Program-made: the position numbers and the translations under genes | Origin: Nitrospinota bacterium | GTDB taxonomy: Bacteria > Nitrospinota_A > UBA7883 > JACRGQ01 | Direction: 5' to 3' | Length of the DNA stretch: 44,119 bases | Assembly: GCA_016194375.1 (NCBI GenBank) | Contig: JACQBU010000122.1 | Location: 1 to 44,119 of the forward strand | Shown: positions 36,518 through 44,119 of the stretch, piece by piece | How positions within the stretch are numbered: the first letter of the stretch is position 1 | How the letters are laid out: every line of letters begins with the position of its first letter | The notes under the pieces: model-generated | Databases searched by the model: none | The model's input: the letters and a program-made list of their open reading frames with translations, nothing else | Told to the model about the DNA's origin: nothing

Positions 36518-37284
36518 GGGTCGTCGAGGCCGTGGGAAAGCTCGACTACCCCGTGCCCGGGCACTCCATGAGGGTCGGTTACATGCTGGGCGGCGTGGCG
36601 GGGTTCCTGTTGGCCTTCCTTTTCCTGACCGGCGGCGTCATGGCGTTCTTCGGGTACGTGCCCGCCTCGGAGCTCGCGCACGGCTCGGTGGCGTACATCA
36701 CGACCTCGTCGTGGCTTTCCGGATTCAGGACGGCCCATTCGCTCGAGGCGGATTTTTTTCTGGACCTGTTCGCCGGCGCCGTCGGACTAAAATCGCTCTT
36801 CATAAAAAACGCGGCGACCAAAATGTTCGTCGTCCACGCCGTCTTCCTGCCCCTCCTATTGGGGGGCGTGCTGGCCGGGCACGCGGCGTTGATAAAAATC
36901 AACGGCATCTCCCCCCTTAAGCCGGGGGCGGGCGACGCGGGGCCGCAGACCACCTTTTTTCGGCACATGCGCCACGTCACGGCCTACGGGTTCATGCTGT
37001 TGGGGCTCATCCACGTGGTGGCGGCGTTCTACGCCCCGCCGTTGCTGGGGGCGCCCGTCGAGGGGGTGGAATGGACCAAACCCGCCTGGCCGTTCCTCTT
37101 TCTTTACCCGATGGGGGATTTGGACCTTATGATAGCGCCGTTTGCGGTCGTGGCGGTCCTGCTTGCGATTCCGTTGTTCGCAAATCAGGACAAAAAATGG
37201 GACGCGTCGCAGGCGATATTTTTTCTCCTGCTGTTTTTTTGGGCGGCGCTCTCGCTCGTCGGGGCGTTTGAGCATTTCGCCTAG
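36514..37284 (+). CDS. Cytochrome b/b6-like membrane protein (diverged)
   Basis: The helix D region HAVFLPLLLGGVLAGHAALIKINGISPL parallels cytochrome b6 [29 protein letters not shown] (from memory), with b6-type His spacing. Helix B has RTAH but no second His. A PEWY-like segment reads KPAWPFLFLYPM. Confidence 0.6.
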   Translation: MRVVEAVGKLDYPVPGHSMRVGYMLGGVAGFLLAFLFLTGGVMAFFGYVPASELAHGSVAYITTSSWLSGFRTAHSLEADFFLDLFAGAVGLKSLFIKNAATKMFVVHAVFLPLLLGGVLAGHAALIKINGISPLKPGAGDAGPQTTFFRHMRHVTAYGFMLLGLIHVVAAFYAPPLLGAPVEGVEWTKPAWPFLFLYPMGDLDLMIAPFAVVAVLLAIPLFANQDKKWDASQAIFFLLLFFWAALSLVGAFEHFA

Positions 37285-37303
37285 TCCGTCCGGCGCACGG
37301 GCT

Positions 37304-37331
37304 TTGTTCCGGCGGGAATAAGGGGTAGAAT
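37304..37331 (+). promoter_or_regulatory. Candidate sigma70-type promoter abutting the radC start
   Basis: TTGTTC (37304-37309), a 16-nt spacer, then TAGAAT (37326-37331), ending 7 nt before GTG 37339. No Shine-Dalgarno sequence is visible. Pattern match only. Confidence 0.3.
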
Positions 37332-37338
37332 TTCGCCC

Positions 37339-38049
37339 GTGGCAAGGTATCCCAAGCAGGCTATAAAAAACTGGCCGGTCAACGAGCGGCCCCGCGAGCG
37401 CATGGCGCGCTACGGCGCGGACGGCCTCAGCGACGCGCAACTCCTCTCGATAGTCATCGGCACCGGCTCGGCGCAACACGGGAGGACCGCGCTGGACCTG
37501 TCCCGGTCGCTCCTGAAGAAATTCGGCGGCCTGCCGGAGATAGCCGCGGCGGGTATCGCCGAGCTTTGCGAGGTGCCCGGCATGACGGAGGTCAAGGCGC
37601 TTCAGGCGAGGAGCGCGGTGGAGATGGGAAAAAGGGCCGTGGCGGAGATGATGAGCCGGCCTCACGGCAAGCCGTTCTCGACCAGCAAGGAGTTATACGA
37701 ACATTTCGCCCCGTTCATGTGCGACCTTAAGAAGGAGATATTCAAGATAATCCTGCTGGACAGCCAAAACGTGATGATGCGCGACGTCACGGTGTCGGAG
37801 GGGGCCCTGGACAAAAGCGTCGTGCATCCGCGCGAGGTGTTCAAGCCCGCCATAAAGGAGTCCGCCGCGGCAATCATACTCATGCACAACCACCCGAGCG
37901 GCGACCCCGCCCCGAGCAGGAACGACAAGGCGATAACCGAAAAGCTTGTGGCGACCGGCGAGGTCGTCGGCATAAAGGTGCTCGACCACATCATCATCGC
38001 CAGAAAAGGGTACTTCAGCTTCTGCGACGAAAATCTGCTTCAAGGGTGA
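37339..38049 (+). CDS. radC: RadC-like JAB-domain protein (UPF0758)
   Basis: N-terminal HhH region (ERPRERM...GADGLSDAQLLSIVIGTG) and the JAMM motif HNHPSGDPAPSRND. Confidence 0.85.
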   Translation: MARYPKQAIKNWPVNERPRERMARYGADGLSDAQLLSIVIGTGSAQHGRTALDLSRSLLKKFGGLPEIAAAGIAELCEVPGMTEVKALQARSAVEMGKRAVAEMMSRPHGKPFSTSKELYEHFAPFMCDLKKEIFKIILLDSQNVMMRDVTVSEGALDKSVVHPREVFKPAIKESAAAIILMHNHPSGDPAPSRNDKAITEKLVATGEVVGIKVLDHIIIARKGYFSFCDENLLQG

Positions 38050-39599
38050 CGGGCACGGTCATGGCGCGCGGATCAAAGGGCGGCTCAAACGGCGGGGCAA
38101 GCCGCGGAGAGGCTCCCCCTCCCCCCTACTTCGACAAGGCCGACGTCGAGCTGTTCCGCAGGCTGGACGAGCTCAAACCGGTGAGCGTGCTGGTCATAGG
38201 CGACGTCATCCTTGACGAATATCTTGGCGGCGACATAATCAGGATATCCCCCGAGGCTCCTGTCGGCGTGCTGGACTGCACCTCCGCGGAGTTCAAGCTG
38301 GGGGGCGCGGCGAACGTCGCCGCCAACTTCAAAAAACTGCGTTGCGACGCGCTTCTCGTCGGCGTAACCGGCGACGATTTGGACGCAAAAAAATTGAAGT
38401 CGGTGCTCGCCGAAAACGGCCTTTCCACAAGGGGGCTTTTGGCCGACCCGGAACGGCCGACCATCAAAAAGACGCGCGCGATGGCGCAACGCCAGCAGTT
38501 GTTGCGGATCGACCGGGAGGTGAGGTCCGCCGTTTCGACGAAGACGGAGCGCAGGGCGCTCGCCATAATACGGCGCGAGCTTCCAAAATGCCGGGGCGTG
38601 GTCATATCGGACTACAACAAGGGATTTCTCACCGACTCCCTCCTGCACGAGGTCATCACCCTCGCCCGCCGCCTAAAAAAGCCGGTAGTGGTGGACCCCA
38701 AGGGGGACTCTTTTGCGAAGTACCGCGGGGTTGACGTCATAACCCCCAACAAAAGGGAGCTGGAAAAAGCCTCGGGCATGAGGTGCCCCACGGCAAAGCG
38801 GGTGGAGGCCGCCGCCCGGCTGATTGCAAAAAAACACTCCATTGACGCGGTGCTGGCCACCCTTAGCGCGGACGGCATGGCGCTCTTCCAAAAAGGGTCC
38901 GCCGGCAGGTCGTTCCCGACGGTGGCGAGGGAGATATTCGACGTGACAGGCGCCGGGGACACGGTCGTGGCGGTGTTTACGGCGGCGTGGCTGGGCGGGT
39001 TTTTGCAGGAGGATGCGGCGATGCTCGCAAACCACGCGGCGGGGCTTCAGGTGGCCCACCTGGGCGCGGCGGGGGTGGGATTGGACGAGATCAGGCGCGA
39101 CCTGGCGGCGGAGGCCGGCGTGGGGGAGCCGAAGATAGTGGACCTGAAGACCGCGCGGCGGCTGGCCGACAACCTGCGGAGGAACGGCAAGAAGATAGTT
39201 TTCACCAACGGTTGCTTCGACCTCATCCACTACGGCCACATCAAATATCTGCAAAGGGCGAGAAGGCTCGGCGACCGGCTTTTTCTGGGGCTTAATTCGG
39301 ACTCCTCGGTGAAAAGGCTGAAGGGGCCGTCGCGCCCCATATTGAACGAGCACGACAGGGCCCACATCCTGGCCGCGCTCGACTGCGTGGACCAGGTGAT
39401 ACTTTTTGAGGAACCGACCCCGCTCAGGCTCATCAACGCCATAAGGCCGCACTGCCTCGTCAAGGGGGGGGACTACAAGGTCGAGCAGATAGTCGGCCAC
39501 AAGGAGATGAAAAAATGGGGCGGGGTGATAAAAATCGTGCCCTACATCGAGGGGAACTCCACCACGGGGATAATAAAGAAAATAATCCGCTCCCCTTGA
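38046..39599 (+). CDS. hldE: Bifunctional D-beta-D-heptose 7-phosphate kinase / D-beta-D-heptose 1-phosphate adenylyltransferase
   Basis: Ribokinase-like N domain (LGGAANVAAN...DVTGAGDT) and cytidylyltransferase C domain (FTNGCFDLIHYGHIKYL). An alternative start is ATG 38061. Confidence 0.9.
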   Translation: MTGTVMARGSKGGSNGGASRGEAPPPPYFDKADVELFRRLDELKPVSVLVIGDVILDEYLGGDIIRISPEAPVGVLDCTSAEFKLGGAANVAANFKKLRCDALLVGVTGDDLDAKKLKSVLAENGLSTRGLLADPERPTIKKTRAMAQRQQLLRIDREVRSAVSTKTERRALAIIRRELPKCRGVVISDYNKGFLTDSLLHEVITLARRLKKPVVVDPKGDSFAKYRGVDVITPNKRELEKASGMRCPTAKRVEAAARLIAKKHSIDAVLATLSADGMALFQKGSAGRSFPTVAREIFDVTGAGDTVVAVFTAAWLGGFLQEDAAMLANHAAGLQVAHLGAAGVGLDEIRRDLAAEAGVGEPKIVDLKTARRLADNLRRNGKKIVFTNGCFDLIHYGHIKYLQRARRLGDRLFLGLNSDSSVKRLKGPSRPILNEHDRAHILAALDCVDQVILFEEPTPLRLINAIRPHCLVKGGDYKVEQIVGHKEMKKWGGVIKIVPYIEGNSTTGIIKKIIRSP

Positions 39600-39735
39600 G
39601 GCTGACGGCCCGTTGTTTTCGGCGACGGGGTGCGCCGACGCGGCGAATATTACCTGTTTTGTTTGACGGCGAACTCGGTATAAAATGGCGGGGTCGGCGC
39701 AATAACGCCCGGCGGATTTGCCTATGGGGTAGTGA

Positions 39736-40926
39736 ATGAGAGCAACGGACCTTGACTACGTCCTGACGACCATGCTTGAATCCCACGTGAACGTGTCGGA
39801 CCTCAACGCCACCGTCGGAAAACCGTTTCAAGTCGAAAGCGACGGCCAGCTTCTCGAGGTTTCGCTGGCGCCGCCGGTAAAAAAGCTGACGCCTTTTCAA
39901 TCCGAAACGCTGGCCCTCTCGATAATTAACTCGGACAGGCGCCTGCTCGAAATACTTCTGCGGGAAGGCGCGTGCGACACCTCCTACCAGGTGGCGGGAA
40001 AGGCGCGGTTCCGCGTGAACATCTTCTCCCAAAGGTCGCAATACTCCGTGGTCTTGAGGAAGCTGGCCACGAGGATAGCGACGATAGACGAGCTTAACCT
40101 GCCGAAGCTGTTTTACGAGGTCGCCGAGGAAAAAAACGGGTTCGTGCTGGTGACCGGCGCAACGGGAAGCGGAAAATCAACCACGCTGGCCGCCATGCTG
40201 GACGCCGTGAACCAACAGAGGTCGGTGCACGTGGTGACGCTGGAGGACCCGGTCGAGTTTGTGCACCCGCAAAAGATCGCCACGTTCAACCAGCGCGAGC
40301 TCGGGTCGGATTTCGACACGTTCGCCCACGGCCTTCGCTCGGCCCTTCGCCAGGCGCCGAAGGTGATTCTCGTGGGGGAAATGCGCGACAGGGAAACGGT
40401 GGAGATAGGCCTGTCGGCGGCGGAGACCGGCCACCTGGTGATGAGCACCCTGCACACGGTGGACGCCGGGCAGACGATCAGCAGGATCGTGGGCATGTTC
40501 GACAGGGACGAGGAGAAGCTCCTTCGCATACGGCTTGCCGAGACCATGAAGTGGATAATCTGCCAAAGGCTCGTGCCGAAGGTCGGCGGCGGGCGCGTGG
40601 CGGTCATCGAGATAATGGGAAACAGCCTGCGCACCAAGGACGCGATACTTAACGGGGAGCAGGAGGGAAAAACCTTCTACGACATAATAACCGCCTCCGA
40701 GGCGTTCGGATGGCGGACGTTCGACATGAGCCTCGTCGAGTCCTACGGGCCGGGGCTGATAACGGAGGAGACCGCCATGGCCTACGCTTCCCACAAGGCC
40801 GTCGTGGGGCGCGGACTCGACGTAATCAAGTCGAAGCGCGGGGAGAGAACAAGCACCATCGAGTCCCTTTCGCTGGACCAGGGGTACCGCGAAGGCACGT
40901 TCGACGCCAGGAAAAAGAAGAGGTAG
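39736..40926 (+). CDS. pilT: PilT/PilU-family type IV pilus retraction ATPase
   Basis: Walker A VTGATGSGKSTT, the Asp box/Walker B region VILVGEMRD, the His box STLHT, and a PilT-size N domain. It has a roughly 30-aa basic C-terminal extension. Confidence 0.8.
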   Translation: MRATDLDYVLTTMLESHVNVSDLNATVGKPFQVESDGQLLEVSLAPPVKKLTPFQSETLALSIINSDRRLLEILLREGACDTSYQVAGKARFRVNIFSQRSQYSVVLRKLATRIATIDELNLPKLFYEVAEEKNGFVLVTGATGSGKSTTLAAMLDAVNQQRSVHVVTLEDPVEFVHPQKIATFNQRELGSDFDTFAHGLRSALRQAPKVILVGEMRDRETVEIGLSAAETGHLVMSTLHTVDAGQTISRIVGMFDRDEEKLLRIRLAETMKWIICQRLVPKVGGGRVAVIEIMGNSLRTKDAILNGEQEGKTFYDIITASEAFGWRTFDMSLVESYGPGLITEETAMAYASHKAVVGRGLDVIKSKRGERTSTIESLSLDQGYREGTFDARKKKR

Positions 40927-40929
40927 CCC

Positions 40930-41526
40930 GTGGAGGTGACGTGTCCTTCCTGCGCCAAGACGACGAACGTTCCCGACGAGAAAATCCCCAAGGGGCAGGC
41001 ATTCGGCTTTTCCTGTCCGTCCTGCCGGACAAAAATCCGGGTCAACCCGGACGGCTCGACCTCCGCCGCCTTGTCCGGGGAGACGTTCGGGGCCGACGCC
41101 GACAAGCCCGGGGCGATGGTGTGCCACGGCGAGCCGGCGAAATACAAGGCGTTGCTCGAGTCCATGGGATTCGTCGTGCACGCGCCGGCCGACAACGAGC
41201 AGGCGATCCAAAACATCCGCCTGAACAACTACAAGTTTGTGCTGGTCGGCGCCGAATTCGCCTCCTCGGGGGGGGACGCCGGCGTCCTTCAGCACCTGCA
41301 GGAGATGAACATGGCGTCGAGGAGGAGGATGTTCGTGGCCTACGTCGTCCAGGGGGCGAGCTCGTACGACAACATGGAGGCGTTCGCCAAAAGCGTGAAC
41401 CTGATAGTGAGCCCCCAGGACGCCGCCAAGGACAACTTTAGGGACCACCTTCTAAGGGAGATGAGGGCCAACGACTCGTTCTACAAGGTGTTTTTTGAAG
41501 TCATGTCCGAGATTGGAAAATTGTGA
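40930..41526 (+). CDS. Zinc-ribbon (MJ0042-type) protein with a receiver-like C-terminal domain lacking the phospho-acceptor context
   Basis: The N-terminus CPSCAKTTNVPDEKIPKGQAFGFSCPSCRTKIRV is a CxxC...CxxC zinc ribbon. The C-terminal alpha/beta pattern ...YKALLESMGFVVHAPADNEQAIQNIRLNNYKFVLVGAEF... resembles a CheY-like fold, but has G where the acceptor Asp would be. GTG start. Confidence 0.55.
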   Translation: MEVTCPSCAKTTNVPDEKIPKGQAFGFSCPSCRTKIRVNPDGSTSAALSGETFGADADKPGAMVCHGEPAKYKALLESMGFVVHAPADNEQAIQNIRLNNYKFVLVGAEFASSGGDAGVLQHLQEMNMASRRRMFVAYVVQGASSYDNMEAFAKSVNLIVSPQDAAKDNFRDHLLREMRANDSFYKVFFEVMSEIGKL

Positions 41527-41962
41527 CGTGGCCGGCATAAAGACGAACGTAACCGAGAGGTACTCCAACGGGCAGGTGATAATTTCCGAGGGGGTCGTCA
41601 GCGCCAAGGCCTACGTCATCCTTTCCGGCAAGGTTCGCATCTCCAAGAGGAGCGGGGACCGCGCCATAACGATAGCCATCCTGAAGGAGGGGGACACGTT
41701 CGGCGAGATGGGGCTTTTTCAAGAGGCGGTCCGTTCGGCCACGGCGAGCGCCGTGGGAGAGACGGCCGTGGGGGTCATCAACAAGGACGATTTTAATAAA
41801 ATGGTCGAGGACTGCCCCGAGACTTTGCGGTATATAATAAACCTGCTGATTAACAAGCTGAGGCTCACAACGAACAGCCTCGCCTCGATAGGCATGCAAC
41901 TGGAAAAGGCGAAAAAAGCGCTGGACGCAGTTTCGAACAAGGACGCAAAAATAAATGGCTGA
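41495..41962 (+). CDS. Stand-alone cyclic-nucleotide-binding domain protein (no HTH)
   Basis: Core cNMP-binding motif GDTFGEMGLFQEAVRSATASAVGETAV. The protein ends after a short helical tail. An alternative start at GTG 41528 would avoid overlap with the upstream gene. Confidence 0.75.
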   Translation: MKSCPRLENCDVAGIKTNVTERYSNGQVIISEGVVSAKAYVILSGKVRISKRSGDRAITIAILKEGDTFGEMGLFQEAVRSATASAVGETAVGVINKDDFNKMVEDCPETLRYIINLLINKLRLTTNSLASIGMQLEKAKKALDAVSNKDAKING

Positions 41963-43157
41963 GTTTGAATATAAGTTCAAGACCAAGGTGGGCGTCCAAA
42001 AAGGGGACATCGAGGCCGACAGCCTTGAGGCCGCCCAGGCCCTGCTTAAAAAGCTCAAGATAACCCCCCTAAGCATCAAGCCCAAGCCGAAGGACCTGCT
42101 GGCGTTCCTCGGCGGGGGTCAGCCGTCCCAAAAGGACGTGGTCGTGTTCGTCCGCCAGTTTGCGACGATGATAAACGCCGGCCTGCCCCTCGTGCAGTGC
42201 CTGGACATACTCGGCACGCAGGGGACCAACAAGGTGTTCAACAAGACGATAATGGACATCAAGGGGAGGATCGAGCAGGGCGACACGTTCGCCGACTCGC
42301 TCAGGCGCCACCCGCAGACGTTTGACTCGCTTTTTTGCAACATGATAGAGGCCGGGGAGATCGGCGGCATTTTGGACGTGATACTGCTCCGCCTCGCGGC
42401 CTACATAGAAAAGGCCATGACCCTCAAGGGAAAGGTGAAGTCCGCGCTGGTTTATCCGGTGGCGATAATGGTGGTGGCGGTGTCGGTGGTGGCGTTCCTT
42501 CTCATTTTCATCATCCCGCAGTTCGCCACCATGTTCAACGACATGGGGGGCATGAAGCTTCCCGCCGTGACCCTTAGCGTCATCTGGCTCAGCAACGTGC
42601 TGGTGCAACGTTGGTACATGTTCGTCGGCATTCCCATCGCCCTGTACGTCGGACTCGGAAGAATAAACAAGACCGAGAAGGGGAAGATGATGACCGACAC
42701 CTTCCTGCTCAAACTTCCCGTCGTCGGGATGCTCATCCAAAAGGTTTCCGTGGCAAAGTTCACCAGGACCATGGGAACCCTCATCTCGTCCGGCGTCCCG
42801 ATAATCGAGGGGCTTTCGATAACCTCGAAGACCGCGGGGAACAAGGTCATCGAGAAGGCGATCACCGAGGTGATAGAGGACATAAAGCAGGGGAAGGGGC
42901 TGGGCGAGCCGTTGCGCGAGCAGGGGGTCTTCCCGCCCATGGTCGTGCAGATGATCGACGTCGGCGAGCAGTCCGGCGCGCTCGACACCATGATGAACAA
43001 GATAGCCGACTTCTACGACCAGGAGGTGGACGACGCGGTGGAGTCGCTCACTTCGCTTTTGGAGCCGATGCTCATGGTGTTTCTCGCGGTGGTCGTCGGC
43101 TACGTCGTCATAGCGATGTACATGCCGATATTCAAGATGGGGGCGGGTGTCACCTAA
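41955..43157 (+). CDS. pilC: Type IV pilus assembly platform protein PilC (GspF family)
   Basis: 400 aa with two GspF repeats (...FVRQFATMINAGLPLVQCL... and ...FTRTMGTLISSGVPIIEGL...) and three TM segments. Confidence 0.9.
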   Translation: MAEFEYKFKTKVGVQKGDIEADSLEAAQALLKKLKITPLSIKPKPKDLLAFLGGGQPSQKDVVVFVRQFATMINAGLPLVQCLDILGTQGTNKVFNKTIMDIKGRIEQGDTFADSLRRHPQTFDSLFCNMIEAGEIGGILDVILLRLAAYIEKAMTLKGKVKSALVYPVAIMVVAVSVVAFLLIFIIPQFATMFNDMGGMKLPAVTLSVIWLSNVLVQRWYMFVGIPIALYVGLGRINKTEKGKMMTDTFLLKLPVVGMLIQKVSVAKFTRTMGTLISSGVPIIEGLSITSKTAGNKVIEKAITEVIEDIKQGKGLGEPLREQGVFPPMVVQMIDVGEQSGALDTMMNKIADFYDQEVDDAVESLTSLLEPMLMVFLAVVVGYVVIAMYMPIFKMGAGVT

Positions 43158-43229
43158 GCACGCGCGCGCCCGCCGCCGGGCGGGGAAAAAAACCGCCGCG
43201 TTCGCGGCCTAGGGGTCCGGCGGAATCCG

Positions 43230-44119
43230 GTGGAAACCGCTAAGAGCCGACAAGTCCCGCCGCCCGGCCACGAGACGTCCGTCGTAAAAACCCTCATCGC
43301 CTTCAGGGTGGCCGCCGTTTCGTTTTTCGTCGCCACGGTCGTGGTCTTCCAAAACGAGTTCGGAACCCTTCTGCACCCGGCCCCGATATTCATGCTGATA
43401 GCCGCCACCTACCTGATTTCGATCGTCTACCTGGGGCTTCTGCAAAGGGTCGGGAACACCGCCTATTTCATCTACGCGCAACTGGCCACGGACCTGCTGT
43501 TGGAAACGTGGATCCTCTACTACACCGGGGGGGGAAGCAGTCCCTTCACGTTCCTGTACATCCTGACCATCGTTTCGTCCGTGTTTATCATGCAACCAAG
43601 CTCCGGATACGTGCTCGCGTCGGGCGCCAGCATCCTTTACGGCCTCATGGTGAACCTCGAGCATTACGGGTTGCTCTCCCCGCCTCCGCTAATCGCCGTG
43701 GGAGAGGGGTACGAAAGGCCGGCGGGGTACGTGTTTTTCATGACGCTCGTGCACATCTCGGCGTTCTACCTCGTGGCGTTCCTCACCGACGTCTTTTCCA
43801 GAAGCCAGAGGCAGACCAGGATGGCGCTTCAGGCGAAAAGCTCGGACCTCACGAACCTACAGGCGTTTCACCAAAACGTCATCGCGAACATGGGAAGCGG
43901 ATTTTTGGCGCTGGACATGGACGGACGAATCGTCTCGTCAAACCAGGCGACGGAGCAGATATTGGGCCTGGATCAATCCTCCTTCATGAGAAAAAAGCTG
44001 GGGGAGGCCTTCCCCTCCCTGTCCGTGGAGGCCGACTTTGAACCGGACAATAAAAGCGAGTGGAGCTATGCGGCCCCCTCCGGCGGGAAGAAGCTTCTTT
44101 CCTTCACCGCCTCCCAATT
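43230..44119 (+). CDS. pilS: PilS-like sensor histidine kinase, N-terminal part (runs off the window)
   Basis: Hand-translated open frame from GTG 43230, absent from the track because it has no stop. It has multiple TM helices (...LIAFRVAAVSFFVATVVVF..., WILYYTGGGSSPFTFLYILTIV...) followed by a PAS-like segment (FHQNVIANMGSGFLALDMDGRIVSSNQATEQILG). Its position after pilC matches pilS. Confidence 0.65.
   Translation, partial: METAKSRQVPPPGHETSVVKTLIAFRVAAVSFFVATVVVFQNEFGTLLHPAPIFMLIAATYLISIVYLGLLQRVGNTAYFIYAQLATDLLLETWILYYTGGGSSPFTFLYILTIVSSVFIMQPSSGYVLASGASILYGLMVNLEHYGLLSPPPLIAVGEGYERPAGYVFFMTLVHISAFYLVAFLTDVFSRSQRQTRMALQAKSSDLTNLQAFHQNVIANMGSGFLALDMDGRIVSSNQATEQILGLDQSSFMRKKLGEAFPSLSVEADFEPDNKSEWSYAAPSGGKKLLSFTASQ

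Noticed and set aside
39663-39684. TTGACG ... TATAAA promoter-like pair upstream of pilT
   Set aside because: The spacer is only about 10-12 nt, which is too short for a sigma70 -35/-10 arrangement.
39686-39701. Sigma54-like element TGGCGGGGTCGGCGCA (GG-N10-GC spacing) upstream of pilT
   Set aside because: Only the GG and GC dinucleotides match. The remaining consensus positions (TGGCAC...TTGC) do not. Such matches are expected by chance in GC-rich DNA.
40177-41448. 423-aa ORF on the - strand
   Set aside because: It is antisense to the well-supported pilT and zinc-ribbon genes. Its composition is Arg/Gly/Pro/His-rich and it has no recognisable domain.
43170-43192. GC-rich hairpin CCCGCC-gccg-GGCGGG after pilC as a possible terminator
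   Set aside because: It is followed by an A-run rather than a T-run on the + strand, and the T-run precedes the stem on the - strand, so it is not a canonical intrinsic terminator in either direction. pilS appears to be co-oriented and close.
1-44119. Search for CRISPR arrays, rRNA genes, integrases/transposases and long tandem repeats
   Set aside because: Reading through the window, I saw no regularly spaced direct repeats, no rRNA-like sequence and no recombinase motifs. Only short local repeats were seen, for example AGATAAGATAAGATA near 10968 and TATATATAT near 29416.

Overview
This 44.1-kb window is a chromosomal segment from a high-GC, Gram-negative-type bacterium. LptE, LPS heptose genes, type IV pilus genes and system I cytochrome c maturation genes support that assignment. 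It is densely packed with housekeeping genes. Left to right: truA, comEC, ccmC/ccmD-like/ccmB/ccmA, cinA, tRNA-Glu(CUC), apt, rarA, nth, a small AT-rich islet, holB, a PSP1/YaaT-family gene, metG, an SH3 protein, GT39 and GT9 glycosyltransferases, aroK-aroC-maf-coaE, a disrupted class A PBP, a family-4 UDG, coaBC, lptE, hflX, plsC-rnhB-yraN, a peptide-type ABC importer (binding protein plus two permeases, one frameshifted), a SnoaL-like protein, apgM, a His-rich exported protein plus a cytochrome b6-like protein, radC, hldE, and a pilT-X-Y-pilC-pilS(partial) cluster.

I saw no rRNA, CRISPR array, integrase or transposase. Many long ORFs in the supplied track are antisense or out-of-frame shadow ORFs typical of high-GC DNA and are not called.

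I cannot point to a clear-cut new multi-gene system. The regions most worth a second look are:
- a roughly 1.4-kb AT-rich three-gene islet (two overlapping small ORFs plus a repeat-bearing HNH endonuclease) between nth and holB;
- a class A PBP gene whose glycosyltransferase core is replaced by an antisense fragment that reads like a YbgF/CpoB TPR motif;
- a roughly 0.4-kb AT-rich patch inside metG;
- a 221-nt intergenic region with four tandem stem-loops;
- two unusual regulatory-looking genes (zinc-ribbon/receiver-like and stand-alone cNMP-binding) between pilT and pilC;
- a cytochrome b6-like protein that lacks one heme ligand.

All family assignments come from reading motifs by eye and from memory. 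No database search was run.
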